From IMG/VR virus record IMGVR_UViG_3300042988_001454, positions 1 to 24,661 of that record: a stretch of DNA of 24,661 bases; one strand, given 5' to 3'. The notes beneath the pieces were generated by a model. The model was not told where the DNA came from. It did not search any database and saw nothing but the letters and a program-made list of their open reading frames with translations. The DNA is from a virus. Its lineage: Duplodnaviria; Caudoviricetes. Position 1 is the first letter of the stretch. Every line of letters begins with the position of its first letter. Of this stretch, positions 9,766-16,736 are shown piece after piece. The position numbers were made by a program, and so were the translations under genes.

Positions 9766-9794
9766 ATCATAGGCTCGATGGGCGGCAGTGTCAA
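9766..9794 (-). promoter_or_regulatory. Sigma70 promoter of the C4-antirepressor unit
   Basis: TTGACA-17 bp-TATGAT on the minus strand. Confidence 0.85.
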
Positions 9795-9797
9795 AAT

Positions 9798-10061
9798 TTA
9801 TTTTTCATCCTCACTGCCAAAAGTTGCAACGTCACGATTACAGGCTTTGATAACTAAGTCTTCAGTGCGTTTTCCTGTCGTGGTTAAAACAGGATAGCTG
9901 CCAAGGTCTATATATTGTTTGATTCCACGACTGATACATTTATCAATCATTGCTTGATTTTCCATTTTAAGCCGTTGAATTTCTAATTTATTTTCTTTGC
10001 GAACCATTGACACCCAAAAAATAAAAAATAAGCAAAGCACAATAATAAGTATAGTTTTCAA
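9798..10061 (-). CDS. Membrane-anchored hypothetical cargo protein (87 aa)
   Basis: N-terminal TM helix and a two-Cys domain; TTG start overlaps the TGA of the duplicated integrase 3' end. Confidence 0.7.
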   Translation of the reverse strand: MKTILIIVLCLFFIFWVSMVRKENKLEIQRLKMENQAMIDKCISRGIKQYIDLGSYPVLTTTGKRTEDLVIKACNRDVATFGSEDEK

Positions 10062-10115
10062 ATCTCTAAATCCTCAGGTTTTAAATTCGTGTAACGCCTC
10101 AACGTCTGCCAGTTT
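10058..10115 (-). repeat. Second copy of the integrase 3' end (direct repeat of 10350-10407)
   Basis: 58 bp, 53/58 identical; both copies encode NWQTLRRYTNLKPEDLEI*. Confidence 0.95.
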
Positions 10116-10353
10116 AGATATTTTCGTGCTTCTTTTTTTCGTGGCTCATTCCAGCAAGAAAAGCCTCTCTCAATGCCCACCCGTACCATAAATATTCACC
10201 TTTATTTTTTATATCGGCTGTTTCTTTTACTGATACAACATATTCATAAGCAGTCTCAATATCTGTGTCGTCTTTGTTTCTTCGTTTATCATGCTCGGGT
10301 GTAAATTCTTTGGCAGGTATAATAAAATCAAATTTATTATTATTATTATTCAT
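10114..10353 (-). CDS. Hypothetical cargo protein (79 aa)
   Basis: ATGA overlap with the integrase stop; AT-rich; W.GWALREAFLAG motif; flanked by the two integrase-end repeats. Confidence 0.7.
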   Translation of the reverse strand: MNNNNNKFDFIIPAKEFTPEHDKRRNKDDTDIETAYEYVVSVKETADIKNKGEYLWYGWALREAFLAGMSHEKKKHENI

Positions 10354-11372
10354 ATCTCTAAGTCCTCTGGTTTTAAATTCGTATAACGCCTCAGCGTCTG
10401 CCAGTTTTCGTGTAAGCTGATTAACTGCACTTGCTCGATTCTCAAGCCTTTTTCAAATAACCGACTTACTGCCTCATGGCGTAGGTCATGCAGTGTCAAT
10501 CCTGGAATATCAAGCATCTTGCAGGCATTGGCAAAATAAGTGCTGATGGTGCGAGGGTTGTAGGGGAAAATAAGGGTTCCCGTTCTCGGTTGTTTCTGCA
10601 CAATCTTCCATGCACTGGCAGGGTATTTAAACCGCTTGTGGTTGCCGTCTTTGTGCGTAGGGTGCTTTAAATCTTTCACCATGCCTGTTTGCTTAGCATC
10701 GTTATTATCCGCCCACTCAAGCCGCGTTATCTCGCTGTCACGGCGTGCCGAATAAATCGCAAACCACATGATATGTAGCATGGGAATCGTGCTTTTTTGT
10801 TTGGCAAAATATCGCGATAACTTCCAAAGCTCGGCGGGTGTTGGTCTACGATCACGCCGCCGTGATTTGGCTATTAACTTTTCACGCTTCAGCACATCGT
10901 TCGCCGCGTCAAAACAATCCAGGCGGTAGCTGTGCGCTTCAACGTCTCGCATGGTGCGCATAATAGTCCGTAACCAGATTACGTCGTTTAAAACTGTTTG
11001 AGGCTTGGCTTGTTGGTTACGCATGATGCAATGCTGAATAATGTCCTTAGCCTGTAAGTCATAAGCATCCAGTTCAGCAATCGGGTAATTCAACAGCCTG
11101 TTAATATCATAATTTTTTGACCGCCCGTAACTGTGGGCGAACTGGTCAATATACCGCTGGATTAAATCCTTAATCACCACGCGCTTTTGCACGGTGTAAA
11201 CCTGGGCTTCCTGTAACTCCATTTCACGCTTAGCCGCCCATACCTTGGCTAACGCTTGCCTGTCAAATGTCTTAGTCTCTTTATAGACAAGCACACCGTT
11301 TCGCTTTATCCTGATTCGCGCCGTGTAACCTGTCGAACCGTCTAACCTCTTTCGTTTAACAAACGTTGCCAT
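10350..11372 (-). CDS. int: Tyrosine recombinase / integrase, dusA-associated type
   Basis: Catalytic residues R (YSARRDSEI), K, HDLRH, H (ISLHENW) and Y (RRYT); N-terminal MATFVKR...YTARIRIKR arm-binding region; adjacent dusA-like att. Start placed at ATG 11372. Confidence 0.93.
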   Translation of the reverse strand: MATFVKRKRLDGSTGYTARIRIKRNGVLVYKETKTFDRQALAKVWAAKREMELQEAQVYTVQKRVVIKDLIQRYIDQFAHSYGRSKNYDINRLLNYPIAELDAYDLQAKDIIQHCIMRNQQAKPQTVLNDVIWLRTIMRTMRDVEAHSYRLDCFDAANDVLKREKLIAKSRRRDRRPTPAELWKLSRYFAKQKSTIPMLHIMWFAIYSARRDSEITRLEWADNNDAKQTGMVKDLKHPTHKDGNHKRFKYPASAWKIVQKQPRTGTLIFPYNPRTISTYFANACKMLDIPGLTLHDLRHEAVSRLFEKGLRIEQVQLISLHENWQTLRRYTNLKPEDLEI

Positions 11373-11376
11373 TTCA

Positions 11377-11622
11377 AGTGTCACATTGGTTTTGATGTGA
11401 CACTATATTACCACTCAGTTATTAAAAATACCCAAAAATAGCCAATAAATACACAACAATAAATCATGCAAAAAACAGCCAAGTATTTTATCGATAACGC
11501 AAAACCAGTAAATGCAACGCTAAATCGATTTAGCGTTGCACCTATGCTCGATTGGACTAAAAATAATACACAACTTGTTTAAAATCAGTCTGTTAAGAGT
11601 TTTTATTGTTGCGATGTGACAC
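11377..11622. mobile_element. attP region: dusA-like core, arm-type repeats and IHF-like site
   Basis: dusA-like sequence about 11526-11558; inverted repeat AGTGTCACAT-N8-ATGTGACACT (11377-11404); identical GATGTGACAC at 11394-11403 and 11613-11622; IHF-like AATCAGTCTGTTA at 11583-11595. Confidence 0.8.
11466..11582 (+). pseudogene. dusA: Phage-borne replacement 5' end of dusA (tRNA-dihydrouridine synthase A)
   Basis: Translates MQKTAKYFIDNAKPVNATLNRFSVAPMLDWTKNNTQLV*. RFSVAPMLDWT is the conserved DusA N-terminal motif and similarity stops right after it. Confidence 0.88.
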
Positions 11623-11630
11623 GTTGGTGA

Positions 11631-11801
11631 TTAATATTCGCTTTTGTTATCATTATTCCAATCGTTTGTTTGCAAAAGTTCATTTTCAGACATTTTGCGC
11701 AAAAAATAACGGCAAGCGTCTTGTATGCCTTCCGCGTATCTTTGATCTTTTAAATCCGCCGCGCCGTTCAAGACGCGTTCAATTTCATTGTCTGTTCTCA
11801 T
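11631..11801 (-). CDS. Small hypothetical protein (56 aa, MRTDNEIERVLNGAADLKDQRYAEGIQDACRYFL...)
   Basis: Read by hand; starts 6 nt after the xis-like stop; last gene before attP. Confidence 0.6.
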   Translation of the reverse strand: MRTDNEIERVLNGAADLKDQRYAEGIQDACRYFLRKMSENELLQTNDWNNDNKSEY

Positions 11802-11807
11802 TTTTTT

Positions 11808-12068
11808 TTACCCGTTCATTTTGTCAAATTCGCGTTTTGCTTTATCGCGTTGCGTGTCGATTAAGTTGGCTAAATCTTCGGCGTGTATCATCCATGGGCT
11901 TTTTTGCGCTCCCATTCTAAATGCTGGTATTGGTAATTGTTTCATGTTGGCTTTCCGCGCGGCTTCCTGTTTACTTAAACCGAAATACTTCTGGCTTACT
12001 TTTTCAAGTTCAATCGACGCGCTGTTGAATTCTGCAAGCAGGGCAAAATAGGTGCTAGTTTGTATCAT
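11808..12068 (-). CDS. PrtN (pyocin activator)-family DNA-binding protein, probable excisionase / RDF
   Basis: T.FALLAEF...I.LE.V..KYFGL....A.RKA....LPIPAFR.G.QKSPW.IH..DLA..ID motif; position next to attP and int. Confidence 0.8.
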   Translation of the reverse strand: MIQTSTYFALLAEFNSASIELEKVSQKYFGLSKQEAARKANMKQLPIPAFRMGAQKSPWMIHAEDLANLIDTQRDKAKREFDKMNG

Positions 12069-12321
12069 GAGTTTTTTCCTCCGAAAAAGCGTCTAAAAAT
12101 GTCTGTACATCGGACGGTGTGAAGTTGGTTAGCATACTGAAGTAGCGTTTTAAATCACCTTTTGCAGTCTTTGTGCGCTGGCGTACATGCTTGTGCCAGG
12201 TGGTTTCTTTGTGTTCGATACGCAAGCCCAGATTAAGCATTTCTTGGAAAATTGCGCTTTTTGTGGCGATTGGCAAGCGGTCAAAGATTGCCATTGCACG
12301 AATTGCTTGTGATGACTTCAT
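12055..12321 (-). CDS. Hypothetical early protein
   Basis: 88 aa, overlapping-coupled to both neighbours. Confidence 0.65.
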   Translation of the reverse strand: MKSSQAIRAMAIFDRLPIATKSAIFQEMLNLGLRIEHKETTWHKHVRQRTKTAKGDLKRYFSMLTNFTPSDVQTFLDAFSEEKTHDTN

Positions 12322-13259
12322 GGCACGTTCTCAAGCGTTTGGGTGGCGATGTCTTCGAGCTTTGCGCTTAACATTTTGCCTTCGTTCGATGCTGTGATGA
12401 TGTGCGAGATGGTTTTTTCATCCAATTGCGCGACCTGCTGTTCGTGGCGTTCAATCAATGTCCAAAACGCTTGAATCTGGTCAATTAAGATGATGGATGC
12501 TGATTTAAACCCGTTGTTGATGTAGTCATGATTTAGCGTGGTTTTTTGCGCTTCCAGGTTGGCTATGTCGTTTTTTCGTTTGGCTAATTCAGCATCAACG
12601 CGCTGTTGTATGGTTTTTTCTTGCTCATTTTTTAAGCGAGAGATTTGGTCTTTAAGCTGGTCTTGGCGTTGTGCCATTTCGCCAATAATGATCTGCGTTT
12701 CGGTTTCTTTTTGTTCAATAATCCGATCTATACCGCCGTCTTTTATCAAGTCGTCGAGTTGGTTCTCAATGCTGTCGAGTTCTTTTTGTTTGGCGTTGAG
12801 GTTTTCAGCTAATTCCGCGTTAATGTCGTTTGCGTTGGCAAGTTGTGCCGCCTGCTGTTTGAGTTTTTTAATATCGGCAACGGTAACGGTTTCGCCATTC
12901 TCCAAGCTGAGCATCACGGTTTGTTTTACGTCATCGGGGGCGGTTATTAAGGCGATGGCTTTGGTTACGTTTAAGCCGACTGGCAATTGATTGGTGGTAT
13001 TGTCATTAAGCAATTGCGAGTATTCTTTCGCCAGCTTCATGTAGTTAGTGGCGTATTCTGGTGTAATGGTTATGTTTTGCTCTAACCATTTTAAAAAATT
13101 GCCATGCCCGACTAATTGCTTAGCTTCAAGCATTTTCGCGCCTGCACGGGCGGCGTAGATAAGCGTTTGATTGCGAGATTGGATCACTTGCTCGTTAAGT
13201 AAGTTGATCTCAAGAGCGAGTTTATCAGGGGTTGTAGTGGGTGTTTTGGATGGGGACAT
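12318..13259 (-). CDS. DUF3102-domain coiled-coil protein
   Basis: AG..MLEAKQLVGHGNFLKWLEQN.......ATNYMKLAKEY motif followed by a long coiled coil; ATG 13259 preferred over TTG 13271. Confidence 0.75.
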   Translation of the reverse strand: MSPSKTPTTTPDKLALEINLLNEQVIQSRNQTLIYAARAGAKMLEAKQLVGHGNFLKWLEQNITITPEYATNYMKLAKEYSQLLNDNTTNQLPVGLNVTKAIALITAPDDVKQTVMLSLENGETVTVADIKKLKQQAAQLANANDINAELAENLNAKQKELDSIENQLDDLIKDGGIDRIIEQKETETQIIIGEMAQRQDQLKDQISRLKNEQEKTIQQRVDAELAKRKNDIANLEAQKTTLNHDYINNGFKSASIILIDQIQAFWTLIERHEQQVAQLDEKTISHIITASNEGKMLSAKLEDIATQTLENVP

Positions 13260-13271
13260 GGCAGGTCTCAA

Positions 13272-13439
13272 TTAAAATATAGCAACGATGGCGGCGATTA
13301 ATAACGCGGTGCCCACAATACAGCCAATTACAAAAATACTGTCGTCAGTAATAGTAAAAATATTCAGGTCGTTTTCATCGTTATACACGTCGTCTAGGCA
13401 TTCAGGGCTTAGGCTGGTTTCTTTTATATGGTTTGTCAT
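13272..13439 (-). CDS. Small acidic protein with C-terminal TM helix (55 aa, MTNHIKETSLSPECLDD...LLIAAIVAIF)
   Basis: Read by hand; SD AGGA; fills the gap in the leftward operon. Confidence 0.65.
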   Translation of the reverse strand: MTNHIKETSLSPECLDDVYNDENDLNIFTITDDSIFVIGCIVGTALLIAAIVAIF

Positions 13440-13461
13440 GGTGGCGTTCCTGGGTTGTGAT

Positions 13462-13492
13462 GATGTTACCGAAAAACGTTTTCGGTAACATC
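13462..13492. repeat. Perfect 14-bp inverted repeat (3-nt loop)
   Basis: GATGTTACCGAAAA-ACG-TTTTCGGTAACATC, intergenic, no T tract. Confidence 0.9.
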
Positions 13493-13499
13493 GGGTAAG

Positions 13500-14327
13500 T
13501 TATTGATATTCCATCGTTCCAATGTGCAGTTTAATTTCTGGTGTTTTTACAGAAATTAATGTTTCAATTCTTTTTCTAAAGTCTAAAGACATTAAGTCTT
13601 TGTTTGCGTCTAATTGATTGATGCGGTACGCAAATCTGATGCCTTTATCGTCGCTAGTGCTGCGGATTGGGCAGGTAAATTCGACAGGCAAAAAGCCTTC
13701 ATAGGGCAGGCATTTGAAAGTAAATTCAGTGGGCAATGTGTCGTTGCCTGATTTAATTTCAACGGCTTCCAGTGCGCTTCTGCTTTGCGCGTGATTGCCT
13801 ACGGCTTGCTCACGGGTGGATATTGCATCCACTTTTACGCGGCGTAGGCTTCTGATAATCTTGTCAAAATCAGAGTTAGGACACGCCACGCCGTCAATTG
13901 AAAACGTGATGTTTGCTTTCCAATCCTCCAAAAATTCAATGAATTTTTGCTGAGGAAACTGGCTGTTTTTATTGTCTAGCAATTCGCGGTATTCAGGTGT
14001 TTTGCTTAATGTTAAGCGTGCGTGGTGGTTACCCCATTGCGGTTCATCATGATTGCCCTGGTCAATAATTGCGGTGGCAGTGGTTTGGATGTTGTCTATA
14101 TAAACCGCCGTGTACTCTGAACCGTGCATGGTCACATAGTCGCAAAACTCGGTTAAAATCGTGGTGAAAAACTTACCGCGAAAGCGTACTGGTGCTTCTT
14201 GGAATTTTTCCAGGTCTGCTAAGACGTAATCCTTTGGCAGTATTAATGTATCTAGGTCTTGCAAACGGCTAGCGTTGGCTTGCGCAACGGCTAAGCCTGC
14301 GATGGTTTCAATGGCTGTTCTGTCCAT
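13500..14327 (-). CDS. DUF2303 family (YfdQ-like) phage protein
   Basis: DLEKFQ.AP.RFRG.F.T, A.AIID.G....P.WG.H.A.L.L.KT.EY, Q..F.EFLEDW and F.C.PYEG motifs. Confidence 0.8.
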   Translation of the reverse strand: MDRTAIETIAGLAVAQANASRLQDLDTLILPKDYVLADLEKFQEAPVRFRGKFFTTILTEFCDYVTMHGSEYTAVYIDNIQTTATAIIDQGNHDEPQWGNHHARLTLSKTPEYRELLDNKNSQFPQQKFIEFLEDWKANITFSIDGVACPNSDFDKIIRSLRRVKVDAISTREQAVGNHAQSRSALEAVEIKSGNDTLPTEFTFKCLPYEGFLPVEFTCPIRSTSDDKGIRFAYRINQLDANKDLMSLDFRKRIETLISVKTPEIKLHIGTMEYQ

Positions 14328-14329
14328 AA

Positions 14330-14680
14330 TTAAATACCCTTAAGTTTGGTTATATTGTTGGATTTATCCGCTTCAAACAAATCTTGCTGTAATTGCGGAC
14401 TTATTGTTAGTACGCCATAGTTGTCAACGTACATGGGTGTGCTGGTGGTGTTTTCCTCGCTAGTTTTGCCGTTTTTGGTCGGGCTGTTGTATTTCAGTGT
14501 GTGCTTAACTTTAACGCTGTGGCTGTCGCCTATTTGTTCTAAGTCAAGCTGTATAGTGACGCTGCCTTTTTTGCCGTTATTGATAACGCCTAAGGCAACA
14601 AGTTTTAAACTTGCCTCAATTTTGCTGTTGAAAATTCCAGCGTCAAATTCGCCGAAAATGTCATCTATGGGAGTATCCAT
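14330..14680 (-). CDS. Conserved phage protein preceding DUF2303 (YfdP-like)
   Basis: EFDAG.F..K....L..VALGV...GKKGSVT and H.LKY..PT..GK..EE.TT.TPMYV motifs; usual partner of DUF2303. Confidence 0.7.
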   Translation of the reverse strand: MDTPIDDIFGEFDAGIFNSKIEASLKLVALGVINNGKKGSVTIQLDLEQIGDSHSVKVKHTLKYNSPTKNGKTSEENTTSTPMYVDNYGVLTISPQLQQDLFEADKSNNITKLKGI

Positions 14681-14689
14681 TATGTTGTC

Positions 14690-15058
14690 CTATGGTCTTG
14701 ATAAATAAATAGGCAAAACCTGATGAAAGGTTTTACCCAGTGTTGCGCGTTGGTAGCCTTTTTCCATATTTTCCATGTATCGGATACCTCGGCTTTTGGG
14801 TGCTCTTTTTTCTGCAACTGCAAAAGGCAATTTTTTTAAAAGGGTGCGGATTGTATTTTCAGCGTAGAATATTTCTCGGCTGTTAAGCGTGCGGATAAAT
14901 TCGGCTTTGGTCAGTTTTGGATTTATCTGCAAGGCTTATTTTGCCAGTTCCATTAATTTTTCATGCTGTCCGTTCAGTTGTTGCGTACCGTGGCAACTGG
15001 CACTTTTCTTTTTGGCTTGCTCGCGTTGTTGGGGCGTTAAGTCTTTGAACGTGGTCAT
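14690..15058 (-). pseudogene. Hypothetical gene interrupted by one in-frame TAA (or two small genes of 40 and 80 aa)
   Basis: ATG 15058 MTTFKDLT...ELAK, TAA 14938-14936, then GCC TTG CAG... continues in the same frame to 14690. Confidence 0.5.
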
Positions 15059-15171
15059 GATTGCGAACCAAAAATAAAGCCATAAAAAACGGCGGTCATC
15101 ACGATTGAAACGATCACAAACAAGGCAATATCAAGCGGTGTTTGGTCGGGTGGGTTGGTGTGTTGAATCAT
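15055..15171 (-). CDS. Small membrane peptide (38 aa, MIQHTNPPDQTPLDIALFVIVSIVMTAVFYGFIFGSQS)
   Basis: Read by hand; SD AAGGAG; ATGA coupling at both ends. Confidence 0.6.
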   Translation of the reverse strand: MIQHTNPPDQTPLDIALFVIVSIVMTAVFYGFIFGSQS

Positions 15172-15269
15172 GATTGCATCTCCTTAGCTTTGCAGGCTTG
15201 CAGTGCGCGGATATTAAAGCGGGTGTTGCGTTGTTTGTGGTGCATGGGTTTTAGGGCTTTGCGTTTCAT
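15168..15269 (-). CDS. Small basic peptide (33 aa, MKRKALKPMHHKQRNTRFNIRALQACKAKEMQS)
   Basis: Read by hand; SD GGAG; stop overlaps the next ATG; overlaps the 3' end of the DUF3310 gene. Confidence 0.45.
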   Translation of the reverse strand: MKRKALKPMHHKQRNTRFNIRALQACKAKEMQS

Positions 15270-15666
15270 GGTGTTCTCCAGTTTTTATGACTTCAATCAT
15301 GTTATGGATGCTTTTGATAGCGGTGGAAAGATAATCAGCCCGTTCGTCGTGGCTGGTGTTTGCTGATGCAATGCTTAGCAAGGCAAGCTGTTTGTTGGTA
15401 TCGGGTTCGTGCTTGCTGACTTTGTAAATATTTTCAGCAATGTCTGTTTTATTCAGGCGTTGGTGGTTATCCAGAAGCGTCTCAACTTCAATAAACCAAA
15501 GGGCTTTTTTAAGTTCTTGAACAGGGTCATCCTTTTGACCACACCGCCACACATATTGAAACGCCTGGGCTAAACAACCGCTCAGGTGTTTGGATATTTC
15601 AATGCACTCAATCCCTGATGGATGGTTTTGGTAATGCGCTGGATTGATTGGGTCGTTTTTAATCAT
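15214..15666 (-). CDS. DUF3310-domain protein (T7 gp1.7 / SaV-like)
   Basis: DPINPAHY..HPSGIECIEI.......LAQAFQYVWRCG.K.....ELKKALWFI motif. Confidence 0.85.
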   Translation of the reverse strand: MIKNDPINPAHYQNHPSGIECIEISKHLSGCLAQAFQYVWRCGQKDDPVQELKKALWFIEVETLLDNHQRLNKTDIAENIYKVSKHEPDTNKQLALLSIASANTSHDERADYLSTAIKSIHNMIEVIKTGEHHETQSPKTHAPQTTQHPL

Positions 15667-15884
15667 TGTTTTGCTCCAGCGTGAATTTTGTTAAAAAGGC
15701 GGCGGATACAATAGCTACGAATCAAGCTGATAAGCGTAAACCAGGCACCGATAGCAATGTTGTCGCTCAATGGGATGTGAATATTGAACATTGGGAAAAT
15801 AGCTAATTGAGAGAGCAACGCAACGCCATAGCCAATTGCTATGTTTACAATGCTTTCAATCATGGATTGGGTTCTGTTTTGCAC
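15663..15884 (-). CDS. Small two-TM conserved phage membrane protein
   Basis: QS.IES..N.AIGY......Q..IFP.F...FT.ISL.RSY..RR.FN motif; GTG 15884 has SD AGGAG. Confidence 0.7.
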   Translation of the reverse strand: MQNRTQSMIESIVNIAIGYGVALLSQLAIFPMFNIHIPLSDNIAIGAWFTLISLIRSYCIRRLFNKIHAGAKQ

Positions 15885-15892
15885 GGTTGCTC

Positions 15893-16330
15893 CTACGCCA
15901 TTTGCCAATCAGCAAACAGGTCGATTTGTTGGCTGGTTTGTTGTGGGCGGGTTTGGGTTGGTTTTTTGCTGGTGAAAAGTTCCCAACAGTCTTGTAATTT
16001 GGCTTTAAACAAGCGGTTTACTTTCGCGCTGTCTTTGTACGTTTGTTCATAGTCCGCGTCGCTCATGTTGGCTATACGGCATTGCGTTTCAAAGTAGTCG
16101 GCAGGTAATGGTTGCATCAAACCTTTTTCGATTCGGTCCAATATTTGCCCGTTGTTTGGATTAGCTCCGATGTAGCAACCCGTGCGACTTTCAAAGTACA
16201 GTAGAAAATCACGATCACGGGTATCAAAACTGTACTCAGTGACTTTTAAGAGGGTGTCGAATAAATACAGGCTCACAGGTGTTGCGCGTTTATCGCCTGT
16301 TTGTTCGGCTATGGTTCGGGCTTTGGTCAT
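15893..16330 (-). CDS. Hypothetical early protein
   Basis: Open frame; ATG 16330 has SD AGGAG. Confidence 0.7.
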   Translation of the reverse strand: MTKARTIAEQTGDKRATPVSLYLFDTLLKVTEYSFDTRDRDFLLYFESRTGCYIGANPNNGQILDRIEKGLMQPLPADYFETQCRIANMSDADYEQTYKDSAKVNRLFKAKLQDCWELFTSKKPTQTRPQQTSQQIDLFADWQMA

Positions 16331-16343
16331 TGGTTTTCTCCTG

Positions 16344-16568
16344 TTATGCGATGTTTGATAGTTTTTGACAGTCAAGGCAATCTAGCTTTAAGTAATCGCT
16401 TGATTCAGCCCATCCCAGCCCTTTTGGATTGGGTTTATGTCCACATAATGCGGGTTTAAAGTCAGGGAAAATGTTGCCAGCTACCAAATGTGTTTTATTG
16501 GTTTTATAGCTATTTACTGATGCTGGATATGTAATCCTAAATTTTGGGGCTTCGGCTGGTGTGGTCAT
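16344..16568 (-). CDS. First gene of the PL operon, small Cys/His (possible Zn-binding) protein
   Basis: H...ALCG...C..C pattern; directly downstream of PL. Confidence 0.65.
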   Translation of the reverse strand: MTTPAEAPKFRITYPASVNSYKTNKTHLVAGNIFPDFKPALCGHKPNPKGLGWAESSDYLKLDCLDCQKLSNIA

Positions 16569-16620
16569 GGCAATTACCGTTTTTTGTGTTTATTTGTGTG
16601 TTTTGTTTTGCGTTGATGTA

Positions 16621-16664
16621 ATGATAGAACTGATTGTTACCTTTTGTCAAGAACTGTAAGTTAC
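16621..16664 (-). promoter_or_regulatory. PL promoter with two operators
   Basis: TTGACA (16650-16645)-18 bp-TATCAT (16626-16621); operators AGAACTGATTGTTAC 16626-16640 and AGAACTGTAAGTTAC 16650-16664. Confidence 0.85.
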
Positions 16665-16675
16665 TTTTTTACGCA

Positions 16676-16709
16676 ATAAAAAACCCGCTACAGTTGCCCG
16701 TGCGGGTTT
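16676..16709 (-). terminator. Intrinsic terminator ending the repressor-accessory transcript
   Basis: Minus strand AAACCCGC-loop-GCGGGTTT followed by TTTATT. Confidence 0.75.
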
Positions 16710-16736
16710 GGTGGTGATTGGTAATTTTGAGGGTTG

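Noticed and set aside
10336-10350. (AAT)5 microsatellite as a phase-variation switch
   Set aside because: Triplet unit keeps the frame and only changes a poly-Asn N-terminus; the tract is short.
11808-12068. Pyocin / tailocin locus
   Set aside because: PrtN-family fold only; the context (int, attP, replication gene, Q) indicates a phage excisionase-like role.
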